Shown: positions 41,671 to 55,055 of the stretch, one piece after another
Position numbering within the stretch: position 1 is the first letter of the stretch
How the letters are laid out: every line of letters starts with the position of its first letter
NCBI RefSeq assembly: GCF_009914755.1
Contig: NC_060927.1
From: the human T2T-CHM13v2.0 reference genome, Homo sapiens
Direction: 5' to 3' (one strand)
Length of the DNA stretch: 64,000 bases
The notes under the pieces: model-generated
Told to the model about the DNA's origin: nothing
Database searches by the model: none
The model's input: the letters and a program-made list of their open reading frames with translations, nothing else
Position numbers and translations under genes: made by a program

Positions 41671-41970
41671 ATTTTTTTTTTTTTTTTTTAGGCAGAGTCT
41701 CACTCTGTCAGCCAGGTTGTAGTGCAGTGGTGTGGTCGCGGCTCACCTCAACCTCTGCCTCCCAGGTTCAAGCAATTCTCCTGCCTCAGCCTCCTGAGTA
41801 GCTGGGATTACAGGCATGCATCACCACACTCGGCTAATTTTTGTATTTTTAGGAGAGATGGGGTTTCACCCTGTTGGCCAGGCTGGTCTCGAACTCCTGA
41901 CCTCAACTGATCTGCCCATCTTGGCCTCTCAAAGTGCTGGGATTACAAGCATGAGCCACCGCACCCAGCC
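41671..41970 (-). mobile_element. Alu (AluSz/Sx-like)
   Basis: Poly-T tail, Alu body, CATCAT on both flanks. Confidence 0.96.
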
Positions 41971-42164
41971 ACATCATGCTTTTTAAAAGTAATTTTTCAG
42001 CTAAACTGTACTATAGCATGATACAACATCCTGTACATTGACTGCTCAAAGTAGTATGAGAAAGAACAGCATCTTGCTAATTAATAGCCCATTTCTCATT
42101 AAGGCGTATTAGTTAATTTAGATAAAGCTTTCTACTAAAAATAACTAGAGAAGCTAGAATAGGT

Positions 42165-42196
42165 AGAGAGGTAGACATGTAGATAGACAGATAGAT

Positions 42197-42238
<42 letters not shown>

Positions 42239-42257
42239 CAGACAGGCAGACAGATCT
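42165..42257. repeat. (GATA)n/(GACA)n tetranucleotide STR
   Basis: Seen directly. Confidence 0.95.
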
Positions 42258-42259
42258 AT

Positions 42260-45050
42260 TGGAGAGTTTTTGGCAAGCTAACAAAATAATGAAAAAATGC
42301 CTGTTTGATGTAAGAAAAAGGAAAATGAGGCTGTGGACAGTGATCCCAACATTTGAAACACTGCCTATGGGGCTATCTGCCAAAAGCTCCTAAGAGAAAG
42401 ATAATCTGAGTCACACTTATGACAATCTTATAAGGCTGAATGGATAAAAATTAGAATTGAGGATCTGCTAACATGTCAGGTTGCTGGTAAGCCTCTGCAT
42501 ATTTTTGGTTCAAATTTGGAAACAATATATCCCAGGAGAAAGTGTGAACTGGATGAATATAGACTGGTACTTTCAGGGACTACAGATCAACTTCAAATAA
42601 TCTTCAAATGATCTAAAAATGTTTTAAATAAACATAAGCCAAAACAGCCAGGAACACATAAAGACAAGACTACATGAAGGAAATGTAGCAGAAACAAAAT
42701 AAAATAGAAGCTTACTGACAGGAGCTGTAAGTATTAGAGTTGCCAGATCTCCTCTGTATAACAGAGAAAAAAGTCTGTAACTGAAAGATATAAAAACTGA
42801 AATTGATAATTTAATGATAAGATTTAATGTAAGTTTATGTCTCTAAGTTTAGACATATGTCTGTAGGTTTAGACATAGCTGAAGAAACAATCAATGATGT
42901 TGAAGATGAGTCAGAGGAAACATACTAATTAGTCATGGAGGAAAAAGAATGGAAAAGGCAAAATAATTGAGTAAAACATAAGATATAGTGAGACAGTCTT
43001 ACATAGGTACAATTGGAATCTCAGAAAAAGAAAAAAGAGAAAAAGAAGCAGCACCAATATGTAAAGAGATAAAGGATGAAAATTATCCAATGATGAAAGA
43101 CAAAAGCATTCAAGAAATACTTTGAGATAAACAGCAAACTGTTTTATATTCATATCTTACTAATAATCCTGTAAATACCAGACAATAACAGTATGTAAAG
43201 GAAGCTAAAAACACACAAAAAAATTGAAAGGGCAACGATTTGACACAAAGCTAAATGCTCAAAAGAAATAATACATTTTTAAGTGTTATCTTTATAATAC
43301 TGAAATAAAATAAATATGAATCAAGAATTCCATACTAAGAAAAATAATAAAATAAGGATCTCAAGTAATGTATGTGAAATAAATTTATCTTCGTATTAAT
43401 AAAAATTGAGAATTTTTCCCAACAGACAAAATGAATTACAAGGAGTATTTTTCAAGAAGGAAAAGAATCTCAGATGAAAGATCAGAGATGTATGAGAAAT
43501 GAAGAGCAATAAAAGCAATCAATATCAGGGTGAATATAAATAAACATTGACTATGCAAAATAATTACACTGTCTTAGGAATAATATATAATATATAATAC
43601 ATAGTCATATATAATATATGTAAAAAGAATTAAAATATATTACAACAATAAAAACAATAGCTAGAAATGTAGGGGTAAAAAGATTTAAAGTGTTATAAAT
43701 TCCTTGTATTTTTTAAGCATAATGTAAAAACACCAATTAATATTGCATTAGTCAATAATATTGTATTCCCAAAGTAATACAAAGAGAATAATAAAAAAAT
43801 AACTTTTACTTATGAGGTGAGAAAATAGAACCAAATAAACATAAATCTACACAAAAGATTATGAATATGAGGAATAAGAAAAGAGAGAGGATGGATAAAT
43901 AGAAATCAAAATAGAAACATAATACATTTAAATACAAATATATCAATAATCATATTACCTACAACTAGACTGATTAAAGGAAATATATAACTGAATTTTA
44001 AAAGTGATACATGACTTACCAAAATGTCTAAACTATAAGAATACAATGAAGTTGAGGTTAAAGACTGGAAAAAGTGGTAGAATATGAACAATAACTGAAA
44101 AAAGTTTTTAAGTCTACCAGTATTGAAGTAAACTTTAATATAAAACACTATTATCAGAAATAAAGACAGACACATCAAATGGTAAAACATTAATCCATTA
44201 GGCTTGTATAGTATAAAGATATAAAAGACACATTTGTATATACCTAATGCCATTGTCTCAAAATGTATGAGAAAAAATAGGTAAATCCATATAGAGGGAT
44301 ATCTCAGTACAGCTTAATCATGTACTAATAGAATAAGCGGAAAAAAATCAGTAAGGATGGGGAAAATTTGAACTATGACTAATAAACTTGACCTAATTGA
44401 AATATGTGGAACGCTGTGCCCTACACCTGCACAATACACATTCTTTCAATAAACACATGGAATATTCATAGACAATGACTAGCCAAAATAATTTAGTGTA
44501 CATGTCTTGGCACGTTCTACTAAAGTTGAAGACATAAATACCTTACAACAAAGCAATTCCACTCAGTATGTATCAAAAAACGTATATACATATATGCACC
44601 AAAAGATATGCAAAATTGTTCGTAACAGCAATATTCACAATGGCCAAGAACTGGGAAAATCCCAACTGTTCATCAACAGAAGAGTGAATATTTATACAAT
44701 GGAATACTACATGGTAATGAAAATAAATCACAGCTAAACATACCAACATATTAGAATATCACTCACCTAATGCTAATCAAAAGAACTCAGTCAAATACAT
44801 ACTGTATGTTTCCATGTTTAAGAAATTTTAAAAAATAAAGAGTAATGAAGGTAAAAGTAAAGAGTAATATTACAGATTAATATTATTGTTATGTTTGTTG
44901 AAAGGGAAGGGATAGTGAGGGGACATGAAATAGATGTTGGCAGCATTCCGTTTCTGGAACTGAGTGATGATTACATAGGTGTTCTTTGTGATCGTCGACC
45001 TCTGCAAATATGTTTTCTTTATGTTCTTTTCCATATGTGGGCTATAAATT
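42260..45050 (+). mobile_element. Old L1ME/MD relics (5' region, ORF1, ORF2 start, 3'UTR)
   Basis: A-rich L1-like text; CAGCAATATTCACAATGGCCAAGAACTGG; ACAATGGAATACTAC; L1ME-type 3'UTR. Confidence 0.7.
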
Positions 45051-45124
45051 AGAATTATATGTGGGAATGTATAATTATATATATACACATACATATACAT
45101 ATGTATATGTATACATTGTGTGTA

Positions 45125-45476
45125 TAGTTGATCCTCAACACATGATGAAGTGACATCCCAGTAAAGTGATGAGTTGAAAATATTCTAAGTCAAAAATGGA
45201 CTTAATACACTTAAACTACCAATAATCATGTCTTGAACTAACCTACCTTTAGTGTGCTCTTACATTAGCCTACAGTTGGGCAAAATCATCTAACACAAAG
45301 CCTATTTTATAATAAAATGTTCACTACCTCATGTACTTTATTGAATACTATACTGAAAGTGAAAAATAGAATGGTTGCATGGATATTCAAAGTATGGTTT
45401 CACTGAACATGTATTGCTTTTGCACCATTGTAAAGTTGAAAAATCATTAAGTTGAACTATTGCAAGTCAAGGCTCA

Positions 45477-45480
<4 letters not shown>
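45125..45480. mobile_element. MER47A (TcMar-Tigger)
   Basis: TTACATTAGCCTACAGTTGGGCAAAATCATCTAACACAAAGCCTATTTTATAATAAA matches the recalled consensus. Confidence 0.8.

Positions 45481-45522
<42 letters not shown>
45479..45522. repeat. (TG)n microsatellite, ~22 units
   Basis: Seen directly. Confidence 0.97.
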
Positions 45523-45523
<1 letters not shown>

Positions 45524-45551
45524 TCAGAAATTAGAGTATGAAAAATATATA

Positions 45552-45893
45552 CAGATTGAGAATCTCTAATCCAAAAAATCCAAAATTCTAAATACTCCCA
45601 AATTCTACACTTTTTGAGCACCAAGATGAAGCTACAGTGAGAAACTCCATACTTGGCCTTGGCCTCATGTGACCCGTCACAGCCAAAATGCAAATGCACA
45701 ACACACAGTTTATTCAGTGTCTCCAAGGGAAAAAAATTAGCTTCAGGCTATGTGTGTGAGGTATACATAAAACATACATGAATTTTGTTTAGATTTGGAT
45801 CCCATCCCCAAGATATACAGATATTCCAAAATCCAAAAAATAATCTGAAACACTTCTGGCTGCAAACATTTCAGAAAAGGGATACTCAACTTG
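45552..45893. mobile_element. Tigger4b/Zombi (TcMar-Tigger)
   Basis: Terminal repeats CAGATTGAGAATCTCT / AGGGATACTCAACTTG with TA flanks. Confidence 0.82.
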
Positions 45894-46412
45894 TATCTAG
45901 TCAGATATTGAAGTATGAAAAATTTTAACTTTATTTCTGTAGTTGAATGCAATGTACTATCAAGTCCCTCTGACGACTGATAATAGACCACACTTGACCT
46001 TCACAAATAAAGGTATTTCATTCTCTTCTTTTTTAAAATAGTCTATTTTGGGTAGTTAGACTGGATATAGCACCAGCTGTCCTTCTTTGGCTCGGATGCC
46101 TCCTCTACAGAGCATTCAGAATCGCCTCTAAATTAACATTGAACAAAAATTTCAAGGATATAATACTGAACTGAACTAGTGTTAAAATAGTAAGCTCGAT
46201 AACACACCTACATAACTGAGTTGTTCCTTATGTCAACTATTCATATGTAACTGTTCTATTTCCCCAAATCAGCATTTTTTTCCTTAAAAGCAAGATTCAT
46301 ACCTAACTCTTAGTTTTTGTTGTTTCTACTCTCTAAAATAATATACTCCATAAACCAGGCATTCACTAAATTTTTATGGATACTAACCATAGTCATAGGC
46401 TATTAAGGCAAA

Positions 46413-46515
46413 ATAAGTTGGTGCAAAAGTAATTGCAGTTTTTGCCATTAGTTTTAAATGGCAAAACCATTACTTTTAAATGGCAAAAACTTCAATTACT
46501 TTTGTACCAACCTGA
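46413..46515. mobile_element. MADE1 MITE (Hsmar1-derived) with internal 22-bp duplication
   Basis: GTTGGTGCAAAAGTAATTG...CAATTACTTTTGTACCAAC palindrome; CCATTA(G/C)TTTTAAATGGCAAAA twice. Confidence 0.93.
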
Positions 46516-46816
46516 TAATATCTTCATTTTGCATGAAAAGAAAATAAAATTAAATAAATTAAACTACTCATAGGAACACAGAGAGGAAATGAGAGTCAGT
46601 ATTTAAATAAAGTGTGATTCCAAAACTAAGACTCTACCTACCAAGCTCTGTACATTCCCTAAATAAAAACATTATTTTAGATTAACCTGAAGGTCCATTA
46701 GATTCTATGCATTTTTTGTATAATTTCGTAGCTTTATAAAAAGAACAATGTATTTTAAAATTATATTTAAAATATGATAATTTTATTGTGAATACGTGTA
46801 CTGAGATTATCTAAAG

Positions 46817-47020
46817 CAGAGATCGGCAAACTACAGCCTTAAGGCCAAATCTAGCCAGATTTCCATTTTTGTAAATGAAGTTTGACTGGGGCCTAGCCAC
46901 TCCTGTTCATTCGTCTGTGGCTGCTTTAACAGAGTTGTGTACTTGCAACAGAGACTGCATGTCCCACAAAACCTAACCAATTACTCTCTGGCTCTTTATA
47001 CGAAAAGTTGAGCGAGCCTA
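46817..47020. mobile_element. MER58A (hAT-Charlie)
   Basis: CAGAGATCGGCAAACTACAGCC...GGCCAAATCTAGCC...TTGCAACAGAGAC...CCCACAAAACCTAA. Confidence 0.82.
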
Positions 47021-47204
47021 TATAAGGATTCCAATATTTTTCAATAATGTTTATTGTGTACTCAGAATTTCCTAGACACCAAAATAAAAAATAAAACGGT
47101 GAATTTTATGATCAAGGTAAAAATAAATTATTTTTTATTCATGATGCTAAATTTGTCATTTGGATATTTATATATTATTTTGAATACCATAAAATAAAGA
47201 GGGA

Positions 47205-47850
47205 TATATCCATCAGAGTCCAATCAGAAAATTAAAATCACAACAGACATTTGAACAAAAAAATTTAACATAAAGAATGGTTAAGTACTAGAAGTAAATG
47301 AGAATTCTTGTGAGGTGCAGAAGTGATAGCTGCAAAAAAAAGTAGTTACCACCTCTAGCCTGAGGAGCACACACAATAAAAGAACAAAGGATTAGAAGAA
47401 GGGCTCTGGCCCCAATGCTGAAATTCAGACCTCAGTATCATGGCACGGCTCCCACATGAACACACAAGTCTGCCCATGGCAAAGAAACCTGACAGAGAGT
47501 TCAGCCTAGAACTGGTCTGTGGAAACGGACTGCCAATGCAAAGAGGGGATAGGCCTGAGCTGATGTGTTTAATCACTGACTGAGCTGCTTGGAAGTGGTT
47601 TCTTCTAGGGAAATATGGTCTGAGGATAAAAGTGATGTTCCCTTGCTGAATAATAATAATGGATGATAAACCAGGAGGAAAGAGCCTTCCTTCCTCCATC
47701 ACCTTGCAGCTTCACTCTTGCACTCTTTATTGATGAAGACTTAATTCCACTAGCTGTCAAGAACCACAATATTCAACTTCAGTACCATTAAGTGGGGCAA
47801 AGATGGGTGGATATGAATGTGAGCAACGATCGATTGGTATCTGGCATATT
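47205..47850 (-). mobile_element. Ancient LTR relic (LTR78/85-like)
   Basis: CATCAGAGTCCAATCAGAAAA...TTTAACATAAAGAATGGTTAA resembles the ends of these LTRs. Confidence 0.4.
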
Positions 47851-48203
47851 TGTGGAACAACAAGTTAATACAGCATACATGAATGTCTTCTATAACTTTT
47901 TTTAATGGACTCAATTAACATTTAGGTCATAAGTTTAGACTAGATTCAGGGAAGGCATTTTTCTGGCAGAAGGCTAAATTTTTGAGGAGCAGGCTATCTG
48001 CTTTTTCCTAATCTAAGTTGAAAATAAGATAGTGTTTAGAAATATAGAAGAGGGAGATGTATGTTGTTTAGAATAAAAAAATTTTAATTATAGTTTATTT
48101 TTCTCTAGAAAAAAATCATCTGAAAGAACAAATTAATCCCCTGAAAGGGACAGATGGTGTTATGATAGCATTATCAAATAATGCTCTCTGTTCTGCTTTT
48201 TTA

Positions 48204-48610
48204 CAGGGTTGCGAATATTTCCAGGCCTCTTCAAACTCTACCAACCTAGTGTTTAGCATTTGCAAAGGGTGTCACGCATGTGCTCACAATAATATAATTT
48301 TTCTCAGTGATCACATATTATCTGACATTTTTATCCTCTATTGATCCAGACGAATGGAAAAAAGATTACTTCTGAGAATGCCAAAATCACCACGGAATGC
48401 CAAAACAGCCACTGCTCCCAGTGCCCAGGCCAAAATTGCTTGTGCCCATGAAGAAGATGACATGATGCCCATGTGTTGACAGAGTTGTCCATAAGTGCTA
48501 AAGCGTGACGTATTTCTCTTCTTTTATCTTGGCCCATTTGCTGGACGTTGTTGTCCACTTGGGCTACTGTGTTTACCACAATCATGAATTGCATATACAC
48601 TGTGCGCCAC
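48204..48610 (+). mobile_element. Highly decayed non-LTR retrotransposon RT fragment (RTE-X L4/L5- or CR1/L2-clade-like)
   Basis: With frameshifts: QGC-x-IFPGLFKLY (cf. QGCxLSPxLFNLY), HILSD where YADD is expected ~39 codons later, RPKLLV (cf. KTKxMV), FYLG ~68 codons after that. Confidence 0.5.
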
Positions 48611-51496
48611 ATGTCTTTAACAGAGATTTAAGACTCAGATCTTTCTTTCTTCTTTTTTTTCTCTCCTTAGGACCTAAGTACATGTCTGCAAAAGGAGGGC
48701 CAAATAAAAGTTCTCTCTTCCAGTGAGATATGGACTTCTTATTTATACATGTCAACCTACTCTACTACTTGGAATTATTTCCCATAAAGCTCTTTGGTGT
48801 CTCATACACAGAAAGTCCAGGTAATTCTCCAATGTGGAGCCTCTAGGCATGTCCAAACATCTAAATCCTCTAGGGAGAATTAATGCCAAAATCTGTGAGC
48901 CCCTAATATATAAAAATCAAGTTTGTGTTTCCACCAGAAAAAAAAATGGAAATTTAACATTGCATCATGTGAATTCTTCCAGTCGCCTTACAAAAATCAT
49001 GATTTATGTGTCTCTTTCTCTAACTGGTAGATTTCTGAAGAGTAGAATTTTCATTCTGAGTTTTCTAATCACTTTCTAAGCCCTTAACACAGTGTCTAGT
49101 ACAAATAAGCATTTAGTTACCGTTTGTTTTTCAAATTTGCATAAAAATGACGTGGAGTAACAAGTCAAAAGATGTAAAGGAAAATCTAATGTTGTGTTCA
49201 TATTATTAAGGCTAATCATTGTGCTCTAGTTTCTTCAAAATAACCAAGATAATTTACTTGATTCTAATCTGCCTTTCATGTATTAAAATGTAAAAAAAGA
49301 ACCCTAAAGATCACCCCCTGTAATATGTGTGGAAATATTTCCTTAAACTATTATATTTGCAAGGTTTTCCACTTCTACACTAACATTTGGTAGCTGATGG
49401 AACACACAGGGCCAGTAATAGCAGTTGCTAATGGTAACATATCTTGAGGACAAACAGGAGGAAGATCCTGGGAAGCAGCATGGAGAAAATTGTAGAGTTA
49501 CAGGGAGGATATCAAAGTAAAAATAGAATAATTTAGAAATCACCATCTTTCTTTGAATGGATATCCTGGCAGTCAAAGTCCCCAAACAGAAGCTGCTTGA
49601 GCCAAGACTTCCTTTGAAACCACTTCTATTTCATGGAAACTAATTTTTAAAATGCTCAGTGGTTTGGGAACATGAAGAGTCAGTTTACAAATCATCATCT
49701 ACTTTGTGAAAAGAAAAGGAAAAAGAAATCATCAAGGACTTAGATTTTAAAACCATATAACGAAGCTAAACATTAAGTCATGTGACAAATTAGAGGGACA
49801 CCAGAGTAATTTCAACACAGTTAAATCATCAGCCTTCAGTCCTCATAGTGATTATACTCTCAGCTTACATACATCTCTGCATTACTGTGGTGTCTTAATA
49901 ATATCTGTTAAAAATCCTGACATGTTAGTAATGTGCGGAGAGGACATCCTTCAGTGTACTTATGCCAATAAGCAAATGTCTGTTCTAGTTACTGAGGTTT
50001 CAGTCTTTTGGACTATATATAGCTCACTTCTCTAATCTCTGTACTTCAGAATGGGGTATATTTAATAGCTCAAAGAGAATAAGCAAGCTGTGATTATTAA
50101 CTCTATTTGGTTAATGTGTTGGTGTAAAAGCCTGTGTCTATTATAAAATGTTCTAATAATAGGCGTGAAGTGAGTGTGAGTGAAATCTGAACATGATAGG
50201 GGAACTGCATTATTTTAATCTTAAATATACTACATCTTGTTACTTTTTGAGATAGTATTTTTTAAATTTTTCTAATTTCAAGATTGAAAGATTATGTCCC
50301 CAATTATTTCATATTCTGCTTAAATATAACACTTACTTCTAGAACATGCAATTTTATCCAGGAATACCTTTGCACATAGTGTTTACTCATCCCTTAATAT
50401 TTTTACACACTCTTCGAGTCTTAACTGAAATACTCCTTCTTTATGAAACCTTTCTCCACTCTCCCAGATAGAGGCAGTTAGACTGCTTTCTTCATGTGCT
50501 CACGAAATTGACAGCAGCCTTTGTGCTTGCTATAACATGCTTATTTTTCTTCCTCTTGTCTCCGAATGCATTTCTTGGGAGCAAGAGTAACATGTCTTGC
50601 TCTTTTTAGGGCTCTAATGTTTAGCACAATTCTGGAACATAGCTGAGAAAAATAGTGATTTGTTAAATGAGCCAACCTGCCTTCTACATCTTACCGCCTA
50701 TAATCCCTCACTCCAGGACCATATATGCATTTTATTATGCATCAGACATAGAGAACTATTCGCTATTTAAAAAAAAAAACTTTCACATTTTTAATTACAG
50801 TAGTTTTGTTCAAAGATGTGTATCAGCCTGCATTGCTCATCTCCTGGATGAGACAGAAGATATTCATAGCATATAAGGTGGAAGAGTTGTTCCCTGTTGT
50901 ATTTTGAAAACTCCTCAGAACTGCCTCAGCTGCCAGAACATCTACCAGAGTATCTTCATTGACATCACAACCCAGTCCTATTTTAACTTTCAAATCTGGA
51001 GAAACTAAACATTTGTTTCTCTTTGTATTCTTGTGTCTGATATTTTCCAATGCGCAAATTATCTGAGAATAAGAGAATAATTTATTCAAACTTCAATACA
51101 ATCTCTATACTTTATTGGAGATGTGATTCGAACCCAGTCACTTCACTTTGTCTGAAGCCCTCAAATACAAAAGTATGATAATGATAATAACCACCTAAAA
51201 ACATAGCTATCTATAGAGTTCAACCGGATGTGGAACTGTGATGATAGTCACCACCTTATGCATTTACTTTTGCGTTCCATACAATATTAATATTAATCAT
51301 CCCTGTAGCCTTACAGAATATATAATGGTATCTACCTTGTACAGAAAATTTACCCAAAGTCATGGTCGTGTGTGTGTATTGGGGCAGAGGATTAGGGAAA
51401 ACATGACTAGTACAGTAATCTGGCCAATTAGTTGAAATATGGTAAGTGAACAAGTGGAATGCAATAGGGAGATAGGACCATTCTGTTATTTGAAAA

Positions 51497-51805
<309 letters not shown>

Positions 51806-52642
51806 CCGTTGTTTGGATTTTAATCAAGCTTAATACTAAGGTTGTTAAAGGAATAAGCCAGCAATCAACTTTTATAGGAGCTTGTATATTTAACAAAATA
51901 ATTACAAAGCTAATTTTAGCAAATAACTAAAAAGGACCCATGAGATGGAACCTCAAAACAGGCCGTGTAATCCTGGTGAAGCTAAAACAAATCATTTGTT
52001 CAATGGAGGGAAAACTTACCATTACCTTAATACAAGTCAGGTATGGAGCTACACTGCGGAAACGAAAGTAAAGATGGTTTGATGCTGCTATTGCTGTGAA
52101 GTATGGAATAATAGATGAATCAGAAATACAGTGGAATGTAAAATTAATAAATGGAATGAAACAAAAATACTTGTAATATGGGATGACAGAATAGGAAATA
52201 ACTAATTCCAATGGGAATGATTGGGAAAAGACTCACAGAAGCAGTAACATTTATGTGATCTTTGGAAAATGAGTAATAGTTGACAGAGGGGGAATAGGGA
52301 GCATTAAACATAATGTTGTCATGTACTTTAAAAATAACACCTTAAGGATCGAGTCTATTTGAAAAATATTGAGATACTATATTCTAGCTAATGGGTATCC
52401 AAAAGACATGTGTCCCAAAAATGGGATCTAAATTCTAGACAAACTTTAAGTGCTGTCATTATATGATCAAAACATTTTAATCATCAGAATTTTAGCAGTG
52501 AGATATGTTATTTCATAATTAATTTTAAAAGTATATCCCCAGGCAGCACCAAAACTATAAAGAGAAAGATTTAGATGGTGTTTTGCATTTCCTCCTGAAA
52601 TTCAGCCAAATTTGGAATATAAATTAACTATAATTAGTTTCC

Positions 52643-53308
52643 TTTTTCTTTTTTAATTTCTTTTTTCTTTTTTTTAACTTTTATTTTAGGTGTAGAGGTA
52701 CAAGTGTAGGTTTATTACAAAGGTAAATTGCTTTTCACGGGAGGTTGGTGTACAGATTATTTCATCACCCAGGTAATAAGCATAGTAACCTATAGGTAGT
52801 TTTTCAATCCTCACCCTCCTCCTACCTTCCACCCTGGAGGCTCTGGCATTTGTTGTTCCCTTCTTTATGTCCATGTGTACTCAATGTTTAGCTCCCACTT
52901 ATAAGTAAGAACATGTGTGGTTGGTTTTTTGTTCTTGTGTTAGTTTGCTTAGAATAATGGCCTCCAGCTCCATCCATGTCTCTGCAAAGGACATGATCTC
53001 ATTCTTTTTATGGCTACATAGTAGTCCATGGTGTATATGTACCACATTTTCTTTATTCAGCCTACCATTGATGGACATCTAGATTGATTCTATGTCTTGC
53101 TTCTTGTGAATGGTACTGTGATTAACATACACATGTATGTGTCTTTATGGTAGAACGATGTATGGTCCTTTGGATATACACCAAATAATGGGATTACTGG
53201 TTGAGTATAGTTCTGTTTCAAGTTCTTTGAGAAATTGCCAAACTGTTTTCCACAATGGCTAAACTAATAGCATTCCCACCAGCAGTGGATAAGCATTCCC
53301 TTTTCACC
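52643..53308 (-). mobile_element. L1 3' fragment (L1PA15/16-like)
   Basis: T-rich tail; GTACAGATTATTTCATCACCCAGGTAATAAGCATAG 3'UTR. Confidence 0.9.
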
Positions 53309-54789
53309 ATAAAACATAAGAAATGAAAATAGTGTCTTTGAAAATAAATTAGTTATGAAATTAAGTGAAATTCCATAATTCTAATTTAATATTTAACTAA
53401 ATTTCAGGATTCTAATTTAATATTTAATGAATACATTAAGTTTTCACATGGATTCCATAGATACTTCTCTCTCCAACCACCATTCCCTGCATCCTCCACT
53501 CATCCTACTCCATCTTGGTAAAGGAAAATAATAATTTCTCTTTCTTTGTAAGGTGGAGTGTGCATGAGAGGCAATGCCATTTAGGACATATTTCATAGGG
53601 CTGAAATTGAGCTCAGAGTAGGAACCTTTTATCTCGATAACTTGATAACAGAGAACAAATGCCAGAATTCATGCACCAAAAATTTAAATCCAATGGCAAT
53701 TATATATATAAAAAGTCAAACCAAGTAGTAAAGTGCCAGTGGGAGTCAGCAACAAACTAGTGATTTAAGAAAGCAGAAAAATTAAGAGTAAAACAGTGTA
53801 GTGAACAAAAAGAAAGTGATCTGGAATTTCCTGAAGTGGCATAAGGATGCCTCTAGAAGCGAAACCCAAGCCATGTGTGGATTATGTAGGTCACGGACAC
53901 CTGACAGACCCTGAGCAAAACAGAAAGAGAGAAAGAGAGAAAGAGCACTCGTCCCTTTCTGCCAGAAAATACAAACAATATATGCCAGAAATGAAGCCAC
54001 ACATTTTTGAATTTCAGTTTCCACATATTAGTTTAAATCTACCTATTCTGTCTTCAGAACAGAAGCAAATCTCTTCTTGTAGTAGATACAAACCTATCTG
54101 AAGAGAAACATTTGATAAACTAACATTTTCTCTCTCATATAGAAGAGAAGATAATGCTTTTGAGAAAGTGTAAGATAATTTTTGAAAGTGACCTAATCAA
54201 GGTGCTAACAAAAGAATTGTATGGCTTTTCATATTTAAAACTACTTTTAATGTTCATTAACGTAAGCATATAATTTTATATTTTATACCCAGAATCAATA
54301 TTTTAAGTCATATAAAAGTACTGAATTAAAGAAATCAATTTTGGCTTGCTTTTAGAAATGGATGAAGCTTTAATTTTAAGACATTTGATATAGAAAAGCA
54401 TTTCCAACAGACAGCTGTTTCAGGATAGTCCAATAAGTCAATAACTCCTGCACTTTAAATCCCCAATTCTGTAAAGAGCTATCTCCCTGGGATTTTGAAT
54501 TCTTTGTATTAAAGCAATAGATACTGGGCCAGATTCTATAGCTTTACTCTTCCTCCTTAATCTGGCCAGCCTTGCTCCCAAAGAGAGATTTTTACACATG
54601 TATGTGCCAGCATATTCTCTTCTGTGTATTTTCTCTGAATTTTTCCAAATATTTTTTCATTCCAGCAGATGGTTTCTGGAAAAAAATAAAGAATGAAAGA
54701 AAAACATAGGTGTGAAGTTCTAGGTAAGTTCTTCTAATTAAAAAAGGATGAATAGAAATTAATTCTATTGAGAAGGCATGTGATATCTA

Positions 54790-55055
54790 ATTAGAAATGG
54801 TTAGAAATGGTCAGAAATGTGGGCTTTTAAGACATCAAGCTTAAGCCCATCTCGGCCACTTTCCAGCTGGGTAACCTCTATTAAATCACTCAAGCACTTT
54901 ATGCCACAGTTACCTTGCTTTAAACTTATAATTAATAGTAATACTCAGCTCATAGAATGACTGTGAGGGTTAAAGAAGATAATGAATGAACAGTGAAAGC
55001 TGAGTGTTGGCTCTGAGTAAGCACTGAATAAATGTTGGTAACTACTGTTATTGTT
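54790..55055 (+). mobile_element. MIR SINE
   Basis: GCCACTTTCCAGCTGGGTAACCT...TGTGAGGGTTAAA...GTAAGCACTGAATAAATGTT. Confidence 0.7.

Noticed and set aside
48331-48726. Possible GPCR-like transmembrane pseudogene (ICWTLL) or hAT CxxH motif (HIHCAPHVFN)
   Set aside because: Single short motifs in different frames; the ordered and correctly spaced RT motifs explain the segment better
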